Assembly (NCBI GenBank): GCA_041937175.2
Contig: CP166615.1
Coordinates: forward strand, 3,392,001 to 3,456,000
DNA length: 64,000 nt
Direction of reading: 5' to 3'
DNA from: Limnothrix sp. BL-A-16
Lineage (GTDB): Bacteria > Cyanobacteriota > Cyanobacteriia > CACIAM-69d
The position numbers and the translations under genes were made by a program. Of the stretch, positions 55,464 through 64,000 are shown one piece after another; the first letter of the stretch is position 1; each line of letters opens with the position of its first letter. Below the pieces are notes generated by a model. That model was given only the letters and a program-made list of their open reading frames with translations, ran no database searches and was not told the DNA's origin.

Positions 55464-55490
55464 TGAGTTTGGACTAAATTTTCATTTGAG

Positions 55491-56519
55491 GTGGTGACTG
55501 TGCAGGGAGATATTAATCAAAATACTAATCAGGAAGTTAATCAGAACATCAATCAGGAATCTGGCCAGGGAATTCATCAGGAAGCCATAAATGAATTTCC
55601 GGAATTTTTACCTGAAGCAGTAGCCAATTTAACGGAATCAGAGTCGATCGACTTTGTGCGTCAAATTCAGCGCCAAACGATCCAAACTCCCTGGCCCGAT
55701 CCCCATCGTGTATTGCCGATCGAAACCAGTTTCGTCACGGGTCAACCGCCGGAATTGCCCGATCGATTGCCCGATGCGCCACCTATTTTGCTCGTGCATG
55801 GCTTTGACAGTTCACTGCTGGAATATCGTCGATTGTTCCCACGATTAGCCCAACAATACGCCACATGGGCCGTGGACTTGTTGGGGTTTGGGTTCACCGA
55901 TCGCCCTGAGAAGTTGGAATTTACCGCTGAAGCAATTCGCACCCATTTATATTGCTTTTGGCAGCAAATCATTGGGCGGCCGGTGGTGTTGGTGGGGGCT
56001 TCCATGGGGGGTGCAGCCGTGATGGATTTTGCCCTCACCTATCCGGAGGCGGTGCAGAAAGTGGTGCTGCTGGATAGTGCTGGATTTGTGGGCAAACCGA
56101 TCGCCAGTCGGTTTTTGATTCCCCCCTTGGGACAATGGGCCACGCAATTTTTGGCGAATAAAAAGGTACGATCGGGCATTGGGCGCAAGGCCTACGCCGA
56201 CCCCGATCGTTGTGCCACCGAAGAGGCCTATCGTTGCGGCGCATTGCATTTGGGAATGCCTCGATGGAGTGAGGCGCTGATTTCCTTCACGCGCAACGGT
56301 GGCTACACCATTACGGGCGATCGCATTGCTCAACTGCCCCAAGAGACCTTGATTCTGTGGGGCGATCGAGATCAAATTTTACCCAAGACCACGGCCCAAA
56401 AGTTCCAAACGGCGCTGCCCAAAAGTCAATTTATTTGGGTGGAAAATTGCGGCCATGTGCCCCACTTAGAACAGCCCGATCGCACAGCTCAAGCGATTCA
56501 AAATTTCTTGAAGTTATAG
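55491..56519 (+). CDS. Alpha/beta-fold hydrolase
   Basis: LVHGFDSS, GASMGG, CGHVPHLE. Confidence 0.92.
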   Translation: MVTVQGDINQNTNQEVNQNINQESGQGIHQEAINEFPEFLPEAVANLTESESIDFVRQIQRQTIQTPWPDPHRVLPIETSFVTGQPPELPDRLPDAPPILLVHGFDSSLLEYRRLFPRLAQQYATWAVDLLGFGFTDRPEKLEFTAEAIRTHLYCFWQQIIGRPVVLVGASMGGAAVMDFALTYPEAVQKVVLLDSAGFVGKPIASRFLIPPLGQWATQFLANKKVRSGIGRKAYADPDRCATEEAYRCGALHLGMPRWSEALISFTRNGGYTITGDRIAQLPQETLILWGDRDQILPKTTAQKFQTALPKSQFIWVENCGHVPHLEQPDRTAQAIQNFLKL

Positions 56520-56814
56520 GGACTGCCAATCATCTTCCCAAAACGCTAATTCCACCGTTGGTAGATCGTGGGGAACAAGGGGCTTAAGCCCCTTGTCTGT
56601 GACGACTGGAGCATGAAAATCAATCGTTCTCGCTTGATCCCATCAAGCGATTCAAAATTTCTTGAAGTTATAGGGACTGTCGATCATCTTCCCAAAACGC
56701 TAATTTCACCGTTAGTGGATCGTGGGGAACAAGGGGCTTAAGCCCCTTGTCTGTGACGATTGGAGCATGAAAATCAACCGTTCTCGCTTGATCCCAAAAT
56801 ATGAGGACAGGCCC
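56519..56814. mobile_element. MITE family A, truncated copy plus full 142-bp copy
   Basis: 154-bp tandem duplication; full copy 56673-56814. Confidence 0.8.
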
Positions 56815-57011
56815 ACAGCCCCTTGTCTATGTTTACTGGTGTCTATGTTTTATTTTTGTCTTTGCCTTTGTTTCTTGATGGAATGAATTAGCGATCAGCT
56901 TTGCCTCTTCATTTGACTTTTCAGATGTCTCCCAACCCCAATCTTTAGACCCAAAAAAGGGCGATCGCCCTCAGACGATCGCCCCATGCGAGATGAATTG
57001 AACCCAGCTTC

Positions 57012-58172
57012 CTAGCGGATATATTCCTTCAAGATGCTGTTGCGGTTCGGGTGGCGCAACTTCCGCAGGGCCTTCGCTTCAATTTGGCGAATTCGCTCGC
57101 GGGTCACGTTGAAAATTTGCCCAATTTCTTCCAGGGTTTTCATCCGACCGTCATCCAAGCCGTAGCGCAACCGCAGCACATCGCGCTCACGGGCGCTGAG
57201 CGTATCGAGCACGCTTTCTAGATCTTCCCGTAGCAGGTTCTTGGAAACGCGATCTTCCGGCGTTTCGCCGTCGGATTCAATGAAATCGCCCAGGCGCGAA
57301 TCTTCTTCCTTCCCGATCGGGGTTTCCAGCGAAATTGGCAATTGAGCCGACTTGGCAATGAACCGCAACTTTTCGATCGTCATTTCCATCCGCGTTGCAA
57401 TCTCTTCTTCCGTGGGCTTGCGACCCATTTCTTGAGACAGCAACTTGGTGGTTTTCTTAATCCGCGAAATGGTTTCGTACAGATGCACCGGTAGGCGAAT
57501 TGTCCGAGATTGGTCGGCGATCGCCCGGGTGATGGCCTGCCGAATCCACCAAGTGGCATAGGTAGAGAATTTGTAGCCCTTTTCGTGGTCAAACTTTTCG
57601 GCGGCGCGAATCAAGCCCAAGCTACCTTCTTGGATCAAATCCTGGAATGACAGGCCGCGATTCATGTATTTCTTGGCGATCGAAACCACCAAGCGCAGGT
57701 TCGACTGCACCATTTTGTCCTTGGCGCGCCGACCCACATACAGCCGCTTGCGGAATTCCGGCAAGCCCATATTCAACGCTTCGGCCCACTCCCGATCGTT
57801 CGGTGCGCGATCGAGTTGATCCAGCAGCTTTTCATGCACCCGTTCGATTTCTAGCAAGTCAGCAATCTTACGGGCCAGTTCAATTTCTTCGTCGGCTCGC
57901 AGCAAGCGAATCCGACCAATTTCTTGAAGATATAGCCGAATTGAGTCTTCGGTGTAGTGCTTTTTCTTAGCAGCCGTGCGGCGACGAGATGCGGCCGCTT
58001 TGCCAGGCTGCTCTTCCTCTTCCTCGTCGAGTTCGGCAGACGGGTCATCATACTCATCAATATCGACCTCATCTTCGTCCTCTGTGGTGAGTAGCTCTAG
58101 TTCGACCTCTACATCATCCACAGCATCAGTCAATACATTCATTTCTTCGAGTACGGTTTTGGCCTGGGTCAT
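57012..58172 (-). CDS. sigA: Principal RNA polymerase sigma factor
   Basis: [46 protein letters not shown]. Confidence 0.96.
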   Translation of the reverse strand: MTQAKTVLEEMNVLTDAVDDVEVELELLTTEDEDEVDIDEYDDPSAELDEEEEEQPGKAAASRRRTAAKKKHYTEDSIRLYLQEIGRIRLLRADEEIELARKIADLLEIERVHEKLLDQLDRAPNDREWAEALNMGLPEFRKRLYVGRRAKDKMVQSNLRLVVSIAKKYMNRGLSFQDLIQEGSLGLIRAAEKFDHEKGYKFSTYATWWIRQAITRAIADQSRTIRLPVHLYETISRIKKTTKLLSQEMGRKPTEEEIATRMEMTIEKLRFIAKSAQLPISLETPIGKEEDSRLGDFIESDGETPEDRVSKNLLREDLESVLDTLSARERDVLRLRYGLDDGRMKTLEEIGQIFNVTRERIRQIEAKALRKLRHPNRNSILKEYIR

Positions 58173-58890
58173 GCCGAGTCCTCTCGCTCCTTTCAACGAA
58201 GTAGGGTAGATATGCAGTGATCGGTGGGAAGTTGGAAACTGCGACGGTTGCGGAAACAGGCACTGAAGGGCTGGCAACGCCGCAGTCTGGGCTGGATTTT
58301 TTGCCGAGATCCAGATTAGCCCCAGATTTTTGAAATGTCCCAATAAACTGTAGCCTGTCTTACGAAATTTTGCCGGGACGATCGAAAATTTGCTGGCAAT
58401 TAACTCCGGAAATCACAACAAACAAGCGAGAAACAACCGATTGGCCGCTGATTTGCCGCCCATGACCGATCTTGTGTCGGCTGAAGTGGGCAATTTGGCT
58501 AGGGTTTAAGTTATGAGTTATTGATATTTCCCTGGATAAGCGGCAAATGTTGTCAGCAGAGGAACGGTCTTTTTTCCTCGTGATCGCCCCGGCCATTGTC
58601 GCTGAAATACTTCCAGCGATTTCGTCTCCCTAGACAGGCTCGATTGGGGCTGATTTACAGACCTCCAAGGTGATGCTTTCGCGTTTTCTTGAGCCTTCCT
58701 CTGTTGTAACACGCTCTTTTCTAAATCACAGGGCTATTGATTTCATTTGGGTTTCATTTTTCGGGTTTTCATGTTTGGGATTTGAATCGGCCAATCCCTC
58801 AGGGCGTGAATAACAGTTCTGTGGATTGGGTGATTGATCCGTCGATCGCGCATTCATCAATCCAGGATTGACCCAGTATTCAACGACTAT

Positions 58891-59652
58891 TCATTCATCG
58901 GACATTTGATCGATCGCCCGATCGATCTCGTGAGCCGTTGGTTTTGGGGAAGCCGGGTTGAGCGCGCCTTGCTCGATCGCATCCCACAGCTGATCGACCG
59001 TCACAAACCGCCACCCCCGATCGCGCAGGGACGGAATCAGTTGCGCCACGGTTTTGACCACATCGCGCCCGCCACAGGGCCCATCGTGCAACACAATCAG
59101 CGAACCGTTTTGCACCTGATCCAAAACCCGCCGCTGCACCACCGCCGGCCCCGGATGCGTCCAATCTTCCGGCACAACGCTCCACATGACTGGTCGATAT
59201 CCCCAACTGCGCCACTGAGCCAAGGCCCCCGGCAAAAATAGCCCGTTGGGTGGCCGTAAATCTCGCACATGGTGTTGCACCCAAGCCGGATCAAGCTGAC
59301 AGGCCTGGGCGATCGCCCGTTGGGTGCGTTTTAAATCCCGTTGCAGTTCGTCTGAGCTGAGGCGGGGAAACGATCGGTGATGGTAGCCATGGAGGCCAAG
59401 CCAATGGCCCGCGTCCCAAACTTGTTTGGCAACGGCAGGGGCCCGATCGACCCAACAGCCCAACCAAAAAAAGCTAGCGGTCACCTGCTCTTGATCCAAC
59501 AGGCGCAACAGGGCTGGCGTATATTCCGGGTGGGGGCCGTCGTCAAAGCTGAGAGCAATTTCCCGGCGATCAGGATTGCCGGCCCACAGACCCAAGGGAA
59601 AGCTGGCCGCCAAAACGGGATAGAGGCGTGGATAGAGCCAAGCAAATTGCAT
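58891..59652 (-). CDS. Polysaccharide deacetylase (NodB domain)
   Basis: SFDDGP, HGYHH, RPPNG, IVLHDG. Confidence 0.9.
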   Translation of the reverse strand: MQFAWLYPRLYPVLAASFPLGLWAGNPDRREIALSFDDGPHPEYTPALLRLLDQEQVTASFFWLGCWVDRAPAVAKQVWDAGHWLGLHGYHHRSFPRLSSDELQRDLKRTQRAIAQACQLDPAWVQHHVRDLRPPNGLFLPGALAQWRSWGYRPVMWSVVPEDWTHPGPAVVQRRVLDQVQNGSLIVLHDGPCGGRDVVKTVAQLIPSLRDRGWRFVTVDQLWDAIEQGALNPASPKPTAHEIDRAIDQMSDE

Positions 59653-59738
59653 TGCCGAATGGGCCAGCTACATTAGCAAATGGCGAGCTTAATTGGCGAT
59701 CGCGCCGGACGGGGGCGAAGAGTTCTGCCGCCTGAACC

Positions 59739-60641
59739 TTACGGGTTCGTAGGATTGGTGTTCGTAGGATTAGCGTTCGTAGGATTGGTGCTGGGCAGCG
59801 CTTCGGCCGGTTGCAAAAGCCGCAGCGTGTTGAGGGCCCGTTCGTAGCCCTCGCGATCGCCCCGACGGGCGAATAACCGGGCCGCCTGTTGCAAGTTATC
59901 CACGGCCTCTTGCAAATTGCCTACGGCCGCTTGGGCGATCGCCCGATTGTGAAAGGCTTCCGCATCGTCCGCTGCGATCGCCAGGGCGCGATCGTAATCT
60001 TCAATGGCCCGGAAATAGGCCTGCTGCTGAACCAGCAAATTAGCCCGATTGAAATAGGCGTTGGCGTATTGGGGATCCAGTTCGATCGCCCGGTTATAGT
60101 CCGCCATCGCTGCCAAGGGATTGTCTAGGGCCGCGTAGGCCGTCGCCCGATCGTTATAGGCCTCTACTAAGGCTGGATTCAACCGCAGGGATTCTGAAAA
60201 AGCCTCGATCGCCTGCTGAAGCTTGCCCGCCGCCGCCAAGGTGGTTCCTCTGGCATAGGCCGCTTGGGCCTGTTGACTGCGGGCTGCATTCGGTTGGGCT
60301 GGTTTGGGTTGCGCCGGGCCCGGTGGCGTATTGCGGGCCGGTTGGGGCGATCGGGAGCGGGTCGGGTTGGTCGGTTGGGGGCGGCGCGGCTGGGATGGCC
60401 CTTGGGCCTGAGCGGCCGGCGCGATCAACAATCCAAGCAGCCCGATCGCCCCCAAAAGTCCCCAAAGTCGCCGCCCCTGTCCGTTGAATGGCTTCCAGCC
60501 GAACTGAGACTGATCAGACTGAGACTGATCAGACTGAGACTGATCAGACTGAGACCGATCGAACCCAGGCCGGCCGTTCCGATCGCCCGGAAATTGCCCG
60601 AGAACCCGTTGAGTCGATCGTTGTGGATCCTTAAGCCTCAT
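59739..60641 (-). CDS. Tetratricopeptide-repeat protein
   Basis: AYxxR...DYNRAIELDP repeats; QSDQS and TNPTN microrepeats. Confidence 0.85.
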   Translation of the reverse strand: MRLKDPQRSTQRVLGQFPGDRNGRPGFDRSQSDQSQSDQSQSDQSQFGWKPFNGQGRRLWGLLGAIGLLGLLIAPAAQAQGPSQPRRPQPTNPTRSRSPQPARNTPPGPAQPKPAQPNAARSQQAQAAYARGTTLAAAGKLQQAIEAFSESLRLNPALVEAYNDRATAYAALDNPLAAMADYNRAIELDPQYANAYFNRANLLVQQQAYFRAIEDYDRALAIAADDAEAFHNRAIAQAAVGNLQEAVDNLQQAARLFARRGDREGYERALNTLRLLQPAEALPSTNPTNANPTNTNPTNP

Positions 60642-60963
60642 CCGTCGGTTGAGAGTTAGAAGAAGGGTTAGACGAATCTCCCGGCGAAGCATCAAACAAC
60701 GCATCCAGACGGCTGCGAGCATCTTCAACCGTGATTGACTTCATCACCAACAGGGGTTCACGGATCGGTTGTCCCCGATCGTCCAGCATTTCCGGGTGCA
60801 ACGAGATGGGCGGTTGAGCCGGTACCGCCGACCGCGCTGAATGATCCATTCGATCGGCCGTGCGGCCCGCCTCAGTTCCCAGTGTGAAGAGATTGCGGAC
60901 TAAATTCCCGATCGCCAAGAATGCCAACACTGCAAAGGCCAGGATATACAACACCTGTAGCAC
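60631..60963 (-). CDS. DUF2973-type protein
   Basis: LYILAFAVLAFLAIGNL...HPEMLD..G...EPLLVM. Confidence 0.85.
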   Translation of the reverse strand: MLQVLYILAFAVLAFLAIGNLVRNLFTLGTEAGRTADRMDHSARSAVPAQPPISLHPEMLDDRGQPIREPLLVMKSITVEDARSRLDALFDASPGDSSNPSSNSQPTDEA

Positions 60964-61027
60964 GGCCGTCGTCTCCCTAACGGATGATCTCTAAATAAAT
61001 AGTCTCTAACATGATCTGAGAAGGCGA

Positions 61028-61360
61028 TTACCCCGCCGAACCCGAAGGATTCTGTTCAGCCCGGAACCGCATTGCCACATGCCAGCATTCCTGAACTAGG
61101 TTGTGCCAAGGCATGAGGGTTGACGTTTCAACACCCACTTGGGCCCCCATGGCCTCAAAGAGCAACTGAGTGCTGCTCACTTCCTGTTGGGCCTGTTTGA
61201 CCCTTGCCAACAAGCTTTCCTGTTGCTCATCGCTCAAAAACGACAAGCGCTCCGATTCCAGCAAGGTGCGCGATCGCCCAAACCAATATTGAAAATCTTC
61301 AAGCAGCGGCTGCAAGACGGTCTTCAGCAGATTGGGATCGGGAGGGGTAGGAGCCGACAT
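61028..61360 (-). CDS. DUF2605-type protein
   Basis: LLKTVLQPLLEDFQYWF...MPWHNLVQECW. Confidence 0.85.
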   Translation of the reverse strand: MSAPTPPDPNLLKTVLQPLLEDFQYWFGRSRTLLESERLSFLSDEQQESLLARVKQAQQEVSSTQLLFEAMGAQVGVETSTLMPWHNLVQECWHVAMRFRAEQNPSGSAG

Positions 61361-61491
61361 AGGCAAAGTGGAAACTAACCAATCTACATACAAGCTTAAC
61401 GCTATTCATCTTTCGTAACATTTTTTTGGAAGATTTCGCATCATCTCTTTCAGCTATTTCAGCGCCGAGGGCCAAGCCATGGTCAGGACGA

Positions 61492-61687
61492 GGGCCAGTC
61501 GTCATGTTTTGGGATCACGCGAAAACGGTTAATCGTCCATGTCCTAACCACCCCAGACAAGGGGCTTAAGCCCCTTGCCCCCACGACTCCCACGATTCGC
61601 CCTTGCCCCACGACTCTCATGATTCGCCCTTGCCCCCACGACTCGTCACAGTGGAATCAGGGTTTTGGGCAATTGGACGACCCGCCC
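61492..61687. mobile_element. MITE family A copy with internal tandem expansion
   Basis: gggccagtcgtca...gacgacccgccc-ta; cccttgccc(c)cacgactc three times. Confidence 0.75.
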
Positions 61688-63150
61688 TAAAGCCCCAAAT
61701 CAAACAGACGCGCAATCCGCTTGCGCACCCACTGCACCGGGTTGCTGTCATCCTCATCGGCCGCAATCAAGCCCAAGGCCCGAAGCTGAGCCTGTCGATC
61801 GCGCAATTCCTCTTGGCGCACGGACAGTTCCCGCACAATCACCTCCGCGATCGGGGGATGCTGTCGCAACAACTCCGTGAACCCCCGCTGATTAATGGCA
61901 AAGAGCAAGGTTTCCTCATTGGCGCTCACCGTTGCCGTGCGCGGAATGCCCAACATCAGCGCCAACTCCCCAAAAAAGCTCCCCGCCTCCAAATCCGTCA
62001 GGTGCTTATCCAACTCCGCCACAAACACCTTCACCGATCCCGACAGCACAATATAAAAGCTATTGCCCGGATCCCCTTCCCGAAACAGCAGCTCATCTGG
62101 CTTGAGGCGCTGACGGTAACCGCACTCAATCACCCGCCGCAGATCCAAATCATTTAGATGCGAAAAGTAGTGAACCCGTTTCAGGGATTCCGTCAGCAGG
62201 CTCGATCGTGTTTCGCTGGAAATTTGGCGTTGGGCCAAGGGCGCAGGGGGCATAGCGGCCGTTGGATCACTGCCGCGCCCAAGGGGATAGAGCACTTCCG
62301 GGTTCCGGAGCCACAAATCCCGCTGGGGAAAGGGAATTTCAATGCCCTGTTGATGGAATCGATATTCGATCGCGCAGTTGAGGGCATGGCGAGCATCAAA
62401 CTCCCGTTCATAGCCCCGAATCCAAACCCGCAGATCAAAATCCAGCCCATGATCGCCCAACCCCAGCAAAATCACCGTGGGAGCCGGATCATCCAACACC
62501 ATGGACTCGGAATAGGCCACATCCAACAGCAATTCCGTCACCACCAGCGGGTCACTGCTGTAGGCCGTGCTGACTTTGATGTGCAGCCTTGCGGCTAAGT
62601 CGTTGTAGTGCCAATTGATGACCCGTTTTTCCACTAGATCGCTGTTGGGAACGATCACATGGGCCCCGTCCAGGGTGCGAATCACAGCCGATCGCAGGGC
62701 TACCTCCACCACATGCCCCGCCAGCCCATCGAATTCAATGAAATCCCCCACCCGAAGCTTGCGCTCCAAGAGCAGATTCAAGCCGCCCACAAAGTTTTTG
62801 GTGATGTTTTGCAGGCCCAAACCCACACCCACCCCCAAAGCTCCGGCCGGTACAGCGAGGGAATTGAGATTGAATCCGGCACTTTGTAAGAGCGCAACGA
62901 AAATCAAAACGCCGATGCCGTAACTAACAATGCCGGCGATCGGGCCGCGATTGCCCTCATCAATGCGGAGTTTGGCAAGCAGGCGGTTTTGCAGAAATCC
63001 CTTGATGATTTGCGCACCGCCGTAAACCAAGGCACTGTAGAGCACCAGTTGCAGTAAAAACCCAAGAGAAATAACCGTTTCGCCCAATTGAAACAGGGGT
63101 GTTTGCAGCAAATCCAGAAGGCCTTGCTGAAGGGGTTTGAACCAGTTCAT
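61687..63150 (-). CDS. MscS-family mechanosensitive channel with C-terminal cNMP-binding domain
   Basis: GVGVGLGLQ, IEIPFPQRDL, FFGELAL...PRTATV. Confidence 0.92.
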   Translation of the reverse strand: MNWFKPLQQGLLDLLQTPLFQLGETVISLGFLLQLVLYSALVYGGAQIIKGFLQNRLLAKLRIDEGNRGPIAGIVSYGIGVLIFVALLQSAGFNLNSLAVPAGALGVGVGLGLQNITKNFVGGLNLLLERKLRVGDFIEFDGLAGHVVEVALRSAVIRTLDGAHVIVPNSDLVEKRVINWHYNDLAARLHIKVSTAYSSDPLVVTELLLDVAYSESMVLDDPAPTVILLGLGDHGLDFDLRVWIRGYEREFDARHALNCAIEYRFHQQGIEIPFPQRDLWLRNPEVLYPLGRGSDPTAAMPPAPLAQRQISSETRSSLLTESLKRVHYFSHLNDLDLRRVIECGYRQRLKPDELLFREGDPGNSFYIVLSGSVKVFVAELDKHLTDLEAGSFFGELALMLGIPRTATVSANEETLLFAINQRGFTELLRQHPPIAEVIVRELSVRQEELRDRQAQLRALGLIAADEDDSNPVQWVRKRIARLFDLGL

Positions 63151-63294
63151 GTTAGGGAGAGGTGAGCAACCTAGAGGCTGAAATCAAGCCAGACTAGCCG
63201 TTATTTAACCGAATTACTGTAGTTGAGTTGCTCGGGTGAGGAATTGATTCTGAAGCAAAAATAATGTGATTTTTCAGCCGAGAACCGGTGATTT

Positions 63295-64000
63295 TTAAGC
63301 TGGAGGGGCAGCGGTGTCTGATTCTGAGGCTGCGGCCTGGGCCCGATCGCCCAGGGATTGCAGCCATTGACCCAGGGCCGGAGACTTGGACGTGAATTGC
63401 ACCAAAACGTGATCCGGGCGATCGGGACTGGGGAGCACTTTGACATAAACTTCGCGGTTTTCCGGGCCTGGGGGCAGGGTATCCGGGGCTGAGGCTTCTG
63501 CCAGGTTCAGCTTGAGATTTGTTAGGGGCTTGGTTAAGGCCTGGGGGTTCGGGGCCGGGGCATTGCTGTCCGGGTCGATTGCCCCTTGGATTTTCAGCCA
63601 ACCGCCTTTGGCAGACAACTCCACCAACGCAACGGCCCAAGCCTGACTGCTGACATGTTTGCCATCCAGGGGTTGGGCGGTGAATTGCAAGGGGGCGATC
63701 GGGTAGTAGGTTTCCTGGGCCCGTTCCAGGGTGAGGTGATAGGGCGCACCCACGCCGCCCACGTCGTAAATGGTGATTGGTTCGGGAACGCCCTTAGGCT
63801 GTACCTGTTGGGTGGCGGCAATGTTGACGTAATCGGAGCCGCCAGCTTCTTCAAGGGCCGATTCGGTAATTAGAATTTGTCCCCCGATCGTGTAGGACTC
63901 AATCCGATAGGTCAGGTTGACTTGGGCCCCCACCACGCCATATTTAGCCCGTTTGTAGGAACCAATGTTGCCGACCACCACTTCGCCCGTGTTGATACCA
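63295..64000 (-). CDS. Class III adenylate/guanylate cyclase, 3' part
   Basis: GINTGEVVVGNIGS.KRAKYGVVG.QVNLTYRIES. Confidence 0.9.
   Translation of the reverse strand, partial: GINTGEVVVGNIGSYKRAKYGVVGAQVNLTYRIESYTIGGQILITESALEEAGGSDYVNIAATQQVQPKGVPEPITIYDVGGVGAPYHLTLERAQETYYPIAPLQFTAQPLDGKHVSSQAWAVALVELSAKGGWLKIQGAIDPDSNAPAPNPQALTKPLTNLKLNLAEASAPDTLPPGPENREVYVKVLPSPDRPDHVLVQFTSKSPALGQWLQSLGDRAQAAASESDTAAPPA

Noticed and set aside
59740..60553. 15-18-bp tandem repeats in the TPR gene, plus short repeats near 25871, 49515 and 51190
   Set aside because: Ordinary slippage repeats, in frame or intergenic, with no spacers

Overview
Cyanobacterial chromosome segment with very frequent HIP1 octamers (GCGATCGC), in the style of a filamentous freshwater strain. 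The backbone is housekeeping: trpB, malQ, typA, ispG, tatA, por, tRNA-Met, pdhC, ilvH, a metal ABC pair, cobQ, msrP, mutY, sat and sigA. Three accessory signals stand out. (1) At 38671-45178 there is an integrase-less integron cassette array with six recognisable attC sites. It is built as two tandem modules, each [HIP1 - ~215-bp left arm ending in an attI-like site - cassettes - ~85-bp right arm - HIP1], which suggests cassette arrays packaged and moved between HIP1 sites. (2) At 2390-3715 there is a complete IS110 element whose bridge-RNA guides can be read by eye and match the terminal inverted repeat of a resident MITE family. (3) At 821-883 there is a phased cluster of four perfect cyanobacterial DnaA boxes. 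Also present: two MITE families sharing one palindromic core, tandem Uma2 genes with swapped middles, a low-GC ImmA/IrrE islet, and mosaic RTX/Calx-beta surface proteins. All calls are by-eye; no searches were run.
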